From: Amoebophrya sp. A120 | Lineage: Eukaryota; Protista; Dinoflagellata | Length of the DNA: 64,000 bases | NCBI GenBank assembly: GCA_905178155.1 | Contig: CAJINV010000002.1 | Span: forward strand, 12,099,621-12,163,620 | Direction: 5' to 3' | Shown: positions 35,335-48,300 of the stretch, in pieces | How the letters are laid out: every line of letters starts with the position of its first letter | How positions within the stretch are numbered: the stretch's first letter is position 1 | Position numbers and translations under genes: made by a program | Notes under the pieces: generated by a model | What the model saw: the letters and a program-made list of their open reading frames with translations, nothing else | Database searches by the model: none | Told to the model about the DNA's origin: nothing

Positions 35335-37404
35335 CTATATTCGCAGGGCCGTGAAAAGCAGAAACACTGGCCAGGGGCTGAAGGCCAGCAGCGAGTAGTC
35401 GTACCGGTTATCCAGTACATCATGAATGAGGGAAAACAAGAACGGACCGAGCGCCGACGAGGCAACCATGAAGGAGTTTGCGATGCCCTGAATCTTGCCG
35501 TTGTGCAGGCGGCCGAATTTTGCCGCATAAACGACGTTGTGCACGGTGGTGATTATCCCGCCAGCCGCTCCCTGCAGGCACCCACACCACATCATCCACA
35601 CGCGCACAGCCTCCGTGTCTAGAGAATCAACGTCGATCACCGGTACGGGGTGCTTGTCCACCGAGAGGAAGTACCGCAACCCAGCAGCATAGGACACGAG
35701 CATCAGAAAAATGCACCCCGCCTCGACAGCGACCCACTTTTCGAAGGAAACGGAGAATCTCGTCCCACTTCTTGTCGCTCCTGTTCCACCAACGTTTCTT
35801 TGGTCCGGCCTGGTCAGCAGGCCGATTCCGATGCTCCCGATTCCCGCCCCTGTGGCCGCGGAGAGGTAGACGTAAATGAGCAGAGAAGGCGGAAAACCAC
35901 CCAGAAGGTTGTCGAGATGGAAAAACATCGCCGTAATAACGATGCCTTGCATCACCATACCGTGAACGAAAAACCAAAAGGCGTAGGTGCGCAGGGCGTC
36001 CGATAGTGTTTTGTTCACCTCGAGCGTCTCAGCAACGCCGGGTGCTGCAGGACCTTCAGACATAGAAGCTGTCGCGTGACTACTTATGTCGACAGAGTCG
36101 GCTTGTCCACGCCCTGGATGCGCGTCCGAAGCTTTCCTAGCAAAGTTATGTTCTGTTTTTACATCGAGTTCTTCCCCCTGCCGCCCTAGCGGAACCATTT
36201 CCACTTTTTGCACCATCTTGTAGCGTGGTGACCCGTGCTTCCAGGGAACGCGAGGCAGGAGTGAATTTCTTGATGGCGACTTGCGCAAAGTATCCTCGGC
36301 GGCGGGACTGCGCGGGCTCCCGGTATCGTCGGCTTCTTCTTCTTCATCAAAATGGATGTCCTCAGGATGGCTGGTGACGTTATTAACATCATCTCCCTCT
36401 GCCGGCCCAGCGAGGGCGGCACCTGCAACTAACCCGTCGCTCAAAGGTAGGATATCGATATCGTCTCCCTTTCCGCTGGGGTGCTTTCGTACGTCTGTCT
36501 CATACTCATTTTTGACCGGTTGTATTGATATTGCGTTCATCTGGTCAATAGAAGATGAGTCGACGTTTTTTCCCACCTCCGGTGCAGTGTCCTCCTGTTG
36601 TTGTCCTCTTGGCTGAGCCACCACGTCCCGATCTCCCTCGGGGCTCGTGCCGGTCTCTAGCCTGCCCTCGTTATCCGGCTTCAGTCCGTACTTCTCTGGG
36701 CTGTCGGCAGCGAAGAGCAAGCCGAGCGGGAGCAGGATTCCGAGTTCCAGGCGGCCGAGGTTCTGGTAGGTTTTCGGAAAACCAATCTGGAGGACGGATT
36801 GCTTCACGATGGAGGAAAAAACGCCGGTTAGAGCGAACGAAACAACGACGTTCAGCACGCCCATCATCTGCGCTCGGGTCTTCACGAACCACCGATTCAC
36901 CATGTTGGTGCCCACCAGCCACAGCCCGCCCTGCGCACTGACGCGAAGGAGGAAAAACGTGAGCAGCAACAGCATCGGACTGCCCTGTTCTTGGTCGAAG
37001 ATAGCGGTATCTTTTTCGCTCTTTTGAGTTGTTTCTTTGGCTCTTTCTCTAGTTGTACTACCTGGAAGGCGAGTACTATCCACCTTGCTCGCGATCGCGG
37101 TCGCCTCCAGGTGTGCGTGGAACAAACTCGCAAACAGAAAGCAGGAAAACCCCAAAACTGCTGCCATGACCGGAAACATGACGCGCGACCCAATGCGATC
37201 GACGGCGTACCCGATAGCCGGAAGGCTGCAGGCGGAGCCGAGCGTCGCAGCGAGGTAGAGACCACTGACGAAGGTACGCGGCAGGTGGGAGTTCGCAATG
37301 ACCACCGTGATGGTGGCACCTATCGACGCGGTCTGGCCCGGACCGGTGAGCACCATGCCAAAGGTGCCCAAAGCCAGAACCACGTAGCCGTAGAGCGGGT
37401 GCAT
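35335..37404 (-). CDS. Major facilitator superfamily transporter, intronless
   Basis: About 12 TM segments in two halves; motif A GYAVDRIGSR; GPGQT, VNRWFVKTRA, AKFGRLHNGKIQG; long central loop. Confidence 0.9.
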   Translation of the reverse strand: MHPLYGYVVLALGTFGMVLTGPGQTASIGATITVVIANSHLPRTFVSGLYLAATLGSACSLPAIGYAVDRIGSRVMFPVMAAVLGFSCFLFASLFHAHLEATAIASKVDSTRLPGSTTRERAKETTQKSEKDTAIFDQEQGSPMLLLLTFFLLRVSAQGGLWLVGTNMVNRWFVKTRAQMMGVLNVVVSFALTGVFSSIVKQSVLQIGFPKTYQNLGRLELGILLPLGLLFAADSPEKYGLKPDNEGRLETGTSPEGDRDVVAQPRGQQQEDTAPEVGKNVDSSSIDQMNAISIQPVKNEYETDVRKHPSGKGDDIDILPLSDGLVAGAALAGPAEGDDVNNVTSHPEDIHFDEEEEADDTGSPRSPAAEDTLRKSPSRNSLLPRVPWKHGSPRYKMVQKVEMVPLGRQGEELDVKTEHNFARKASDAHPGRGQADSVDISSHATASMSEGPAAPGVAETLEVNKTLSDALRTYAFWFFVHGMVMQGIVITAMFFHLDNLLGGFPPSLLIYVYLSAATGAGIGSIGIGLLTRPDQRNVGGTGATRSGTRFSVSFEKWVAVEAGCIFLMLVSYAAGLRYFLSVDKHPVPVIDVDSLDTEAVRVWMMWCGCLQGAAGGIITTVHNVVYAAKFGRLHNGKIQGIANSFMVASSALGPFLFSLIHDVLDNRYDYSLLAFSPWPVFLLFTALRI

Positions 37405-38047
37405 CTTGGTCTTTTACTGCTGGTTGCAACTTGTACTTAGATTGTATTGAGTGTAGCTCTTTTGGCTTTGGCTGTATTGTTTTATTGCGCTTGTTTGTGC
37501 GAAGTAGGTTCTGTATACCGCAGACGTTCCCTCTTGTCATCAGGCTTGCCACAGCTGGTCTCGCTCATCGACGTCCTGCCTAAAGTTCGACGCACTAGAA
37601 GTAGAATTAGGAACACGATAACCCTAGCGATGGTGCTGCAAACAAGTGAAGCTTTGCAGTTTGCGTTTAGATCAGGAGTGAAGATGAAAAAATTCTTCAT
37701 TTTTATCCGTGAATGTAAGTATACGAAGAGACGACGTCGACGCCACGGAATGATATCATCGTCACTGAATTTTGACTTTGTCCTTCCAGAAAACGGTTCT
37801 GTTACAGGATGGAAAGCAATGCCAATGCGTTGGCCGACCGGCGAGGCGGTTTCCCACAACATCCTCGTCGTTAGCGTCCTCACGCTGTCGGCGACGGGAC
37901 GGCGAAAATCGCCGCATCGCTTCCTGTTCAGACCAGAGCACGACCCGGTCGCTGCTGTCTTCGTACGCCGGAGGGAGGCCGAGGTCAACCACCGGGCCGC
38001 CAAAAGAACTGCTTCCACTGCGGGCGTCGCGGCCGATCACGGGTGAT

Positions 38048-41000
38048 TCATTTTGAACGTGAGTTGGACCGTGATTTCCACGGTTTGTCGAGATCGAGAA
38101 AGAGCCGAGGTCGACCAGGAGACGAATCTTTTCGCTTTGGCAAAGGCGGTGGTGCGTGAACGTCGCCAGGAGCGACGTAAAAGAACTCGCCATTCCTGCC
38201 CCAGATTTGCTCTGAGCTAGAAGGCTCGGCCTGCCCGAGCGCGCTTCTCGGTGGTTCGTCTGGTGACGAGGCAGGGTCGGTCAACGCTGCAGTGGCGTTC
38301 TCTCCTTCTGCGCGCACTCGGAGGACTTCTGCGTCTGTCTGTAGGGTTTTCTTATTTGGTGTCACGTCGACCGCAGCTGCAGACGTCCGATTCAACCTCG
38401 GCGCGACGGCGATGGGCGGACTCCCGAGCGGTGGACTGTTTATCACGAGCGGCTTGGGGGCGCTGATTATATTTCCCTCTGCTTTTCTTTCCTCAATGAC
38501 TCGCAGCCTCGCATCTAGCTCCAGCAGGCGAATGCGGTCCTCCAATGTGGGGTCATTCAGTGCATTCTGGTGTTGCTGGGGCTGTTGATGATCATGCTGT
38601 GCATGTTGAGCATGCACCACATCACTGTTTGCGTTGTGTTGTGGATGGAGATCATGCAGCATTTTCGACCGGTTTTCGAAATACCGTGCCTGCCCCGGAG
38701 TGATCAGGATTTGTGAGTGTATCGCAGCACCGTGCGCTTGCAAGCGTTCGATCGCCTCCTCCTCGCGACGCTGCTTCACAACCCATTCTCCGTATCCCGG
38801 AAGCTGGGTAGCAACTGCTGAAGTAGTGCGGTGCTGTAGCTCGTGTTCCTGTGGCGTGGGGCGGCTCGCGCGGTGAACACTTGTCGCCCGATGTCTCGAT
38901 TCGACAAGGGTACTCCGATCACCCAGCGCCAGGGCTGACTTTCGATAACCACCTCCTGAGCTCGATGCAACTTTGGTCGATGTTTCCTCTCGGCTCGATT
39001 TTTGTTCGCCAGAAGCTATTTGTGAATCGTCGAGCAAAGCAGAATTGTCCCCGTGGCTTCCTAGTAAATTATTGTCTGTTCTTGTTGTGGTGGTCAACAT
39101 CGCGCCAGCGCCTTTACCTTCATCCTGTGCGACGCGAAGCCCACCGCTGTTTGCCAAAAGAGTGGCTGCAGGAGTAGAAGTTGCAGCTTGCCCTACGTAG
39201 GCGGTCGTTAGTCGCGCGTCGTCTCCTTGCTCGAGTGAATTTGCCATACGTTCCCCCTCGGGGCGTTGTCGAGCCGAAGCGGCAACAACGAATCCGCCAT
39301 CCCGTGGCGGCACAAGTAATTCATCGGGATCCTTACTTCGTAATGCTTTTCGCTCGGCACTCAATTGCTGCAGATAGCCGTCATTCAGACGCAGGCGCTC
39401 TTTGATAGCTCGCTGCCGCATCTCAAAATGCTCCATGTCGGCTTGGATCCGGCTGCGAACCCGACTACTTGACTCCCGCCCTTGGTCCGCAGCCCCTTCG
39501 AGCATCTGCATGGAAGTTTCCAGGAGACCTAGACGGGGGGCTCGGTGATTAAGAAGTTGCGGCTGCTCTTCATGATCATCATGACCTTCGACGTGCGTCA
39601 GCGCGGTCTCCCCTTCTCCTTGCTGCAGCTTTCCTTTACTTTTGCTCGTCCCTTTTGGTGCGGCCACGTATTCAGAAAATTCCGCTCCCAGCGCGCCGCG
39701 AACGGTCGAAGACAGGTGCAATTTTTCCGCGAGAGTCCGCACATGCTCGGCCTCGTCCGCAGTAGAAGATGAGGACGCGTCGTCCGAAAGGCGCTTCTGG
39801 TTTTCCGATTTCGACGCCGCTTTCTCGGACAATGACCGTTCCGTGTCGTTGCTGGCCGTCTTCCGATACGAGCTACGATCCTCGTCTACAGAATGGTGCA
39901 TGAGCTGACCAAATCGCGTGTCTTGCCTGGTCCTTTCGGTTGCACCTCGCCGATCCATTCCAGAGGGGTTACCCTGGCCGTCGAGAGCGTCCTCCCCCGC
40001 CTGCTCTGCGTACTCATCCGTCGAAGTTGAGAGTTTTGACGTGCCAGCCCTCCGGGAGGATGGTACTCCACTGGTCGTACCAAGATCAGGTCGTGCGGAC
40101 ACCGCACCAGCGCCTGTGCTTAGATAGCGGGAGGTGCGTTCCGTGCTTCGGATCCAGGCCTCCTGTTTGGCTCTGTTGGTTCCGGAAGCACTGGCAGCGC
40201 GGATATTAGCAGGATCCAGAGCGGCGTAGACCTTGTTGTAGTTGCCAACTTGGTCGGAGGAAGCCGACGACGAGTCGCCGCTTATTTTCTCGGAATCTAC
40301 GCCGTCGTCCTCATTTTCATCGAACAAAAAGGGTTGCTCGCAGTTCATGATCGGGCCACCGAAAACGAAGTTGTGTGATGGAAGGACAAGGAGATTGCGA
40401 ACTACAGGAGCATGCTTCTTTAGAAACTCACTTTGCGTTTTTTCATCGCGGCGCACCAGCAGAAGCATTTTCGATGTGGAACGTTGTGGACGTGGCGCGT
40501 CATCATGCTGCAGCTGCATCAAGTACACACACGCTTCCAGGTCGATTTCTTGGATCGCTTCACACTGCTGCTCTTCTGGCGGAGTATGCTCAGCACACTT
40601 CAACGTCTTCTTTTTATCGTTTCGACCAGCACGGACGTGATCACATTCAGGTTGGCCTACTTGTGAGTCGTCTACTAATGACTCGGCGGTCGCCGAGAAA
40701 ATCTGCTGCACAAGCCCCAAATTGTCGATGGCCAAAACTTCAAGGACAGCGGTGCCATTGTCGCCAGCTTCACGAGCGTTGCGTTGGTCTTGAAGTTGCA
40801 GCAGTAGCCACAGTCGAGCAGAGAACCTAGGCGACGTTGTTCTGGACGAGTTCGCGTTCTTCTCGTTTCGATGATCAACCCTTGCATACTCCAAAAAGAA
40901 TCGCTGTCTGCTCCTCGGCGCGCACCGGTCCTTTTCTACCACTTCTATCCGCGGAATATACCTCAGCGCTTGCAACTTCTGAAACAGGTGCTGACGCAAG

Positions 41001-41458
41001 AAGACCATGGTCGAGGAGCTTGAGCTAATGCTGGCCAACGCAGGATGTTTGTGTTTCTGCCGGCCTGCCGTAGCAGGTTTAAGTTCCTGAACAGGCTTGA
41101 AGTCCACTTCCAGCAGGATATCGCCTCGCTGCGGTCCAGGTCCTGAAGCATCTTCGACTTGCTCACCGGGCAGCTGGATGCGAGCGTATGCTCGACCGGG
41201 TTGCACAACAGCATCGCGTCGTTGCGGTTTTGCAACCGAAACTATTGGAAACTGGGTCCAATCCAGCTCGAAACCGGTGTCGTCAGGCTGTTCGCTTGGT
41301 GGAACGTCCCAAAACACCAGCTCCCCCTCATCTTCTTCTGACTCCACGAGAAGCCGCAGCAAGTCGTAAAATTCTGCCCCAGAGCAAGGAGAGAGGTCAT
41401 CATCTCGTACAACGGGCCATCTGGTACGAGACATCCTCGGCTTCACGCGTCCCTTCAT
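38048..41458 (-). CDS. Hypothetical protein (low complexity, coiled-coil segments)
   Basis: 1136-aa uninterrupted ORF; no recognisable domain. Confidence 0.65.
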   Translation of the reverse strand: MKGRVKPRMSRTRWPVVRDDDLSPCSGAEFYDLLRLLVESEEDEGELVFWDVPPSEQPDDTGFELDWTQFPIVSVAKPQRRDAVVQPGRAYARIQLPGEQVEDASGPGPQRGDILLEVDFKPVQELKPATAGRQKHKHPALASISSSSSTMVFLRQHLFQKLQALRYIPRIEVVEKDRCAPRSRQRFFLEYARVDHRNEKNANSSRTTSPRFSARLWLLLQLQDQRNAREAGDNGTAVLEVLAIDNLGLVQQIFSATAESLVDDSQVGQPECDHVRAGRNDKKKTLKCAEHTPPEEQQCEAIQEIDLEACVYLMQLQHDDAPRPQRSTSKMLLLVRRDEKTQSEFLKKHAPVVRNLLVLPSHNFVFGGPIMNCEQPFLFDENEDDGVDSEKISGDSSSASSDQVGNYNKVYAALDPANIRAASASGTNRAKQEAWIRSTERTSRYLSTGAGAVSARPDLGTTSGVPSSRRAGTSKLSTSTDEYAEQAGEDALDGQGNPSGMDRRGATERTRQDTRFGQLMHHSVDEDRSSYRKTASNDTERSLSEKAASKSENQKRLSDDASSSSTADEAEHVRTLAEKLHLSSTVRGALGAEFSEYVAAPKGTSKSKGKLQQGEGETALTHVEGHDDHEEQPQLLNHRAPRLGLLETSMQMLEGAADQGRESSSRVRSRIQADMEHFEMRQRAIKERLRLNDGYLQQLSAERKALRSKDPDELLVPPRDGGFVVAASARQRPEGERMANSLEQGDDARLTTAYVGQAATSTPAATLLANSGGLRVAQDEGKGAGAMLTTTTRTDNNLLGSHGDNSALLDDSQIASGEQKSSREETSTKVASSSGGGYRKSALALGDRSTLVESRHRATSVHRASRPTPQEHELQHRTTSAVATQLPGYGEWVVKQRREEEAIERLQAHGAAIHSQILITPGQARYFENRSKMLHDLHPQHNANSDVVHAQHAQHDHQQPQQHQNALNDPTLEDRIRLLELDARLRVIEERKAEGNIISAPKPLVINSPPLGSPPIAVAPRLNRTSAAAVDVTPNKKTLQTDAEVLRVRAEGENATAALTDPASSPDEPPRSALGQAEPSSSEQIWGRNGEFFYVAPGDVHAPPPLPKRKDSSPGRPRLFLDLDKPWKSRSNSRSK

Positions 41459-42104
41459 ATATATAAGTTCCGTAGTTTGTCACGACGTTCAAGCTTCTCG
41501 TCTGCATGACCGTATTGGTATTGCAAGCGTCATATACGAAGTTACTAGAGCAACTGATCCGCCACAATGTGATAATTCGAACGGAAATGACATTGCCGAT
41601 TTTTCTTCGAATGGCGATTCAACGATCGAACAAGAAGACCAGCGATAACGACTTGCGAAACGACTTGTCCAAGATACCCCGCGTCGATAGAAAGAAATGG
41701 ACCCCTCGAAAAATACCAGGATGAAGTTTTCTACGTAAACCATGTGTTCTCGTTCTGATTCTGTTGTGAGAGTGTGAGTGAGATCCAGAAAAGTATCTAT
41801 TACATAAACATGAGCACAGTTGAATTATTTGAAACGAAATATCGCCAGTGCGAGACGGCGCGATAAGGGCTTGAGAGTGCGACTCGCGTCCGATTATGCT
41901 TTCAACTGGAACTGACGAATGGACCTTTAGGTTGAACACCGACGTCGAAAACTGCACTGCTCGCGTTCTCGTTCTTGCGGCTCTGCATCAGTTTGTGGAA
42001 AGCAGTAGGTACTAACCACGCAGATAGAATCACGAAAAAGTTTTTCGTCGGCAAGTTCACACTGGTGCATCGGACGAAACACACCTTTCTGTCCCGTCTT
42101 AGGC

Positions 42105-44607
42105 TTAGCCTGCCTCCATCGGCACGAGGCGCTCATCCTCTGAGTCCGGGTCGTTCCCAGCCACATCGTGATCCGGCAGACCTTGTACCTCGGCCCGACT
42201 GATTTCGTTGATGTTGTCGTCATAGGCGTCCTCCCCACCAAACTGCCAGTTGTCGAGGTTGGAGGGGACACCGCCCCCTGCCCCGGCGGGAGGACCCTCG
42301 GTGGACTTGGACATGGACCCAGCTGGCCCTGTAGTTCCCTTGCTGACAGGAGCACCGGAGCCAGGATTGGGGCCTCCCACGGGTCGCGTGCTGGCTGCAT
42401 CCCCGCGAGGAATTGTTTGCTGATGAACTACTTTCTCTTTTGAGCCACCTCGTGGTGCACCGCTTGGAGGAGCAGGAATTCCAGTACTCGGAGAAGCTGC
42501 GTGCGTTCGCCCAACTTTCGTCCCGGGAAGATGCGCCGTCCCTGCCGGGTTCGTTTTATTCCCTCCAACACTTCTAGCTGCTACGGGCACCCCGGTCGGG
42601 TTCAGCCCTGCTCCGCCCTTGCTGTGCTTTCTTTTTCCGAGCAGCTCCTGATAGGTCGTGGCGGCGGTGTGGAAGCTTGGCGCGTCGGTACAGGAAGATT
42701 GGTCGAGGGGGGCAGGCGGGACGAAGTCCTTGCCCGCTTTCGCCGGATCCACCTTCACCATCTGACCAGGTCGTGGATTCGCGCTTGATGATGCGGATGT
42801 GGAGGCCGCGCCGGCTCCGCTTGATCGTGACGAGGGGTGCGCGGTCGCCCGGGATGGACCAGGAGCTGCGCGCGAACCCGCGCTAGATGTCGAAATCGTT
42901 GCTTTGTTGCTCGTGGCACTGCTTCCAGAAGTTGTAGAGCTGGCACGTTGTACATTGTTAGAAAGCGGGGGGCTTGCAAACGACGTCATTCCCGGCACCG
43001 CTGCTCCAGGAGCCGTCTGTTTGGTCGTGTTCTGCATGCTCCTGATCTGATCGCTTTTACTGCTTGGCGCGCTCCGCGTTACTTCGGTCCGAGATGAGAG
43101 ACTAGCGTTTGCGGGGCCGGTACCTGCCACGCTCGTGCTGCCTCCTGATTGCTGTCGGGAAATAAATAAATGTTGTTCTTCAGCCCCCGGGGCATCGACA
43201 GTCTGTTTTTCTGTTGCAGGTTCAGGTTCTTCGGCGGGGAGAACTGCTGCTGCGGTGGCTTCCAAATAAGCTTTGACCGGGTCGAAAAGCGCTTTATTCG
43301 GCAACTGTACCTTTGAACTTGTTGCTGCGGCATCCCCAGCACCAGGGCGTTCTCCAGTTTTGGTAGACGCGGGCGACGCGGCCACTCGGTCACCTGTAGT
43401 CCCGCTGCGCGGCGTATTTGCGTTGCTCTTTCGAAGTAGCGCAGACATCCGGGACTTTTCCGCGGTCAGTACGCGAATGTGCTCAGTTGCTTTCTTTTCC
43501 TTCTCTGCGAAGTCCGCCTGCAGCAACGCCAATTGCGCCTCCAAATCTGCGTTCAGGCTTTGTTCCTGCTCACAACGGGCCTGGAGCGCCTGACTGGTTT
43601 CCAGTAGTTGCGCATGCTGGGCTTCCAAAACGGCGCACCTTTCTTTCGCAGTCGTTGCTCCCTGTTCGTGCTCGACATTCTCCGCCACCAGAGAATCAAT
43701 CATAGTCTTCCAGTCGCTCGCATCCATCCGCATCTTCTCCTGCAGCTGATCCCGCTCGTGTCGCAAGGAGGAGGCGGCACCTGTGGTCGTATGTTGAGGA
43801 AGTTTTCGAGACGGATCGATGAATAGAGTGGTACGTACTTCTTCTACTTCTTGTTCGATTCAAGAGGAGAGATAGAAAAGAGAAAGACAGAACATGTTGT
43901 GCTTTAACGCGCAGGCGAAGCCCAAGCTTCGAGCAATAGCGTCGTTTTTTCGTGGCCATTTCCGGCGCATCATCGAAATCAGAAACAAAGGATACAACGA
44001 CCGAAGGACCTCCCTAGCTAGACTTACCTTGTTCCCGCTGCAAATCCAGTTCCAGCTTACTGCACAAGCGCCTCCATTCGTCCACTTCGAGCTGTTTCTG
44101 TCGTTCTCGTTGCTGTGCCTCTTGCGCAATTTCTCGCGTAGCGTCGGCTGTGTCGATTTCGGCTCGAAGCTGCTCCCGGTCATGCTCGGCGTCTAGCCGC
44201 AACGCATTTGTCTCATCAAATGCGGACTGAAGCCCAGCCACCTGGAGAGAGAAGCATAATTTTCAGTTTCATCATCGGCATTTTCAGACAAATCGGAATC
44301 GCTGCTCGCGCAGTAGTGATACGACGGCGTCCCATTCTTTTTTTGCTCCTGTTGCTGTCTCCAGCATTGGCATTCTGTTCTTTCATTCGTTGATGCAGCA
44401 AATTAGCAACTCTACCTTGCCTTCCAGCATGCTGATTATTTTCTTCTGTGCCGTAAGCTCATCGCGTAATGCGGTCTCCGCGGCGCTGTGTTCCTTCTGC
44501 AACTTTATTCTTACTGGCGGATTTTTGGATGCTCTGACGGCCGCAGTATCGGTTAGAAACAACCCACATCCCGGGGAGCCGCGTGTGTGCACGAGCTTTT
44601 GCGCCAT
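42105..44607 (-). CDS. Hypothetical coiled-coil protein (3 exons)
   Basis: GT-AG introns 44242-44415 and 43781-44027 join ORFs in frame (LEGK|VAGLQ; REQG|AASSLRHE); heptad-rich N-half, disordered C-half. Confidence 0.72.
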
Positions 44608-45381
44608 GGCCTCCAACAAGGTTTAGATTCAGATTTTTTAGCAACGCCTGAGTCTTTTATTTACCTTTCAGCTCGACTTCCAATTCCAAAAAAACAAAAA
44701 AAGAATTGCACTGACAGCGCAAGAAACCCCAATCACATTTTCGACGCTAGGACCAAGAGCATCTGCGCCACACAGTCAAACACAAACAGGAAGTGGAAGA
44801 ACACATTTAAAAATTTACATGTCGAACAAATGAAATCGAGAGGCAGAGGAATCATATCAGGAAAAGTCATAAGCTGACGATCGAAACAAAAACACAAAAA
44901 ATGCCATCGGTCCTATTTGCACCCTAGCGCCACAACAATAACAAAGCCGCTCGTCGTACAACTTTTCAGTGGCACTCTCAATCTTGCTCTCTCTGCTGCC
45001 CGTTTTGTTTCTCGAATGATTCACTCTCCTTCACAGATGAAGCTCGTCAGGGCTACACACTCCAATTAAGTTCAAGTAGTAGTGTTCCGTAATGCTTGAG
45101 ATAGAGATCGTACGTTGCTTCGTACCGACGTGGGCATGATGTAAAACATTGTTGTGGTCCGATGTTGGTATAGCTTTAGCATCGGCCTGGTAACTCAAGC
45201 ACAGGAAAAGTGTGCACCTTGTGTACAACGAGAGAGCAGAAGCTCCTCGTAGTCCAGTCGTGCCCTGCTAGCTGCAATTTCGTCTTCTGTGAGGCGCGTG
45301 GCATAATTTTCGTAATCGTAGCACACACCGTTCTCAGTCACAGGGCGCACGCGGGTTGCTTTCGATTTGTCAACAACATCT

Positions 45382-48300
45382 TCACCGTGCCACACCTTTC
45401 TCAGGATTGGAATCAGACGACGAAGTTTCATCCAACACTTCGTCGCATAATTTTTGCTCCATCGCGGACATGCGGTATTGCGCGTTGGCGATCATCTCTC
45501 TGACCTGTGCGTGGATCATCCTTTGCACGGTGCCATTCTGCTGTCGATCGAAGGGCTCCTGCTGCAAAAACCACCTTTCCAGCTTGTTCTTCTCCATCAG
45601 CAGGGGATTGGTGACCAATGCCCCAGTCTCCGGATCGTAGACGTCGGGCACGACCTGCACCTTTGCGATTTTCTCCACCGACCAGTTCGCTTCGTGCAAT
45701 TTGCGCGCCCGTGGGGCGGTAATACCCAGCTCACACAGGGGCTGCAGCTCCGGCGGGGCCGCAAACTGCATCCGCGGCCCTAGGGATTCAAACGTGCGCC
45801 ACAACACCCACCACCGCATCCGGTCGCAGAACTGCACGACCGTGCCACAGTACATCCCCGCGTTGTTTTGCAACTGCTGCACGATGCTTCGATCGACCTT
45901 GAATCGCGCCATCGTATCGGTCAAGGTCGCCTCGGACACCAGGCTGTACAAAATCATCGCGCAGAAGTAGCGAAGGTGGCGGATCAGCTGCAGAACGTAC
46001 TTCCCGTCCCGCTTCAGCGCCGGACCGCCGCTGCACAAGTTAGTCGGCGAGCCCGCGAAGGAGCTCCCCTGCAATAGCACGCCCGTGTGTACCTGCGCGT
46101 CCACCTGGATGGGGTAGCGGTCCTCGTCGATAAACTTGGAAACTAGCTGCCGGTTCTGATCGTTCGCTTCGGGATCCTGCGCCGGCAGCTTGATTTGCAG
46201 CTCCACAAAGTCTATCAAATGTAAAAATGTCTGGGTCTGGAAGAATGCAAGTTTGTCATGCTTGTCTGGCATAATTCGAGAATCTGTGTTGCATAGGCAC
46301 GAAAAGACCCTCTTACCTGTCATGCAAAAACGCAGTTTGCCATGCGGAATACGTAAGACATGGCAGCCAAAAAATTTGTGATGCAAAGCTGCGAATTGCA
46401 GTGCGGCTATCATCCACTTTTTGCATCACAAGTTTCCAGACCCAGACATTTTTGCATTTGATAAAGTCCTGGGACACCTTCACGTCTTTCATCACCATTT
46501 TCTCGTCGCCGTCACTCTTTCGTATCAGCTTCAGTATCAACTGTAAAAATGTCTGGGTCTGGAAGAGTGTTAAACTTGTCATGCAGGTTTTCCATGACCC
46601 ATGAGGTCTGGAATGCGGGACCTAGCATGACAGAGTCTGTGAGGTCTCTGCTATGCCTAGCCTGCATAAGAAACTCCCTCCCAACTTGGTCGAAATTGGA
46701 CAGCATTTGGACCTCACGCAACACAGATTTTCGCACTATTCGGATTTAGCATGACAAGTTGCAATCTTCCAGACCCAGACATTTTTGCAGTTTATATTCA
46801 GGAAGATCGACCAATCGATCTGCCTGAGCACTTCAAGTAGCGTCGCACGGTCCGTCGGGGTGCACAAATAGAGGCAGTGAAAGATGGGGTCGAGGCTGAA
46901 ACCGTTTTCTCGTGCGTGGTGGAGCTCCTCATAGAGCATTTTGGAGACTTTCGTCTCCATCGACGAAAAGGCGGTCGCGTCCCCCAATGGGGTAGAAACC
47001 AAGCGTCTGCGAACTGGAATCGGCGGCGGCTCTTCGGGCTGGTGGGGAACAACTTTTTCAATATTATTTCTCTGGGCTTGGTCCGTGTGTTGTGCCGTAG
47101 GAGGCCGCGATGTTGTAGTTGCGGCTCCTTCCGCCTCATTTTTCGTGTCCCCTGCTGGTTGAGCTGAAGGTCCTTGTTTGCTGAGATTGGCATTGTCCTT
47201 CTCAAGAAGCGAATGTTTCCTAGCCGTACCCATTTCTACCCCCTCCGGCAAAATACCTTCCTGCTTTTCGAACGATGAGTCTGGGTAGAGCTCGTTCAGC
47301 AACGCATTGCGTTTTTCCACAAGCCTCCTTGAGGCTGCAGAAGAAGTACATGCCGCTCTATCTCGTCCATCTTCACCGCCTCCGTACATCCGTTGCATGA
47401 AACCTGGGACGGTGTCTGCTTTCGTGCCACCATCGTCACCACTTGAAAAATGAGCGGGATTCACAAATTCCCAACGGACGAACTGGTGGCCCACAAGCTC
47501 TTCCAGGTTTTCCTGCAGGTCCAACCCGAACTGCTCTAGGGCATCGATCTGACGTGTGGTCGAGGTTGGAAGCAAAGAAGACGAGCTCGAAGCAACGTCG
47601 TGGTCAGTCCGCTGTTCTTCGTCCACCAGGGAATCTTGTTGAGGTAGATTTTTCGTATCCACAAAACCATTTGCGTTGTCGTCTACCTCCTCCAGCATCG
47701 ATCCACTACCACTTCCGCTCTCTCGCTGGAGTTTTGCTTTGTCCTCGTCTATCATGGAAAGTTTAGCCGCTCGGTGCTGGAGCTGCCGCGGACCGCCGAC
47801 GGCGCTTCTCTTCGGATTCGGCTTGCTGTTGTACAAAAGGTGTTTATTCATCCCGCGGGGGCCTTTTCCGCTGTTGGATCCGTCCGACTGGTTGTCTTCC
47901 GACGTGAACGCTGTCCCGCCACTGAGGACAGGCTCCAATTTGCGTCGAGTGCCGCTGTGATTCCCAAAGTTGAAGTGTTGGTTGAACTGATTGAAGTTTG
48001 TTGGTCCACCAGACCGGCCGTTTCCCTCATCGGGTCCACCCCCGAAATTGGACGCGTCGCTGTTCTGGCGGCGGAGTCTTTCCGCCTCCTGAATGATTTT
48101 CTCGCGGCGCTCCTTGTACTTTGCTTTTTGTGCCGCCATTTCGGCCTCCGCCTTGTCTTGCTCAGTGACGCCACGGGTCAGGGCAAAGGCCGACTTTTTC
48201 GGCTTGTTACTTTGCTTGTTTTTTAAACTCGTAAAGTGGGCGATCAGCATTCTCCGGGCCTCGTTGTACTCGTTCGCGAGTTTTTGCCGCGGCCGCAGAT

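Noticed and set aside
46213-46796. About 30-bp repeats resembling a CRISPR array
   Set aside because: They are alternating inverted pairs 250-260 bp apart with TSDs; the context is eukaryotic and there are no cas genes.
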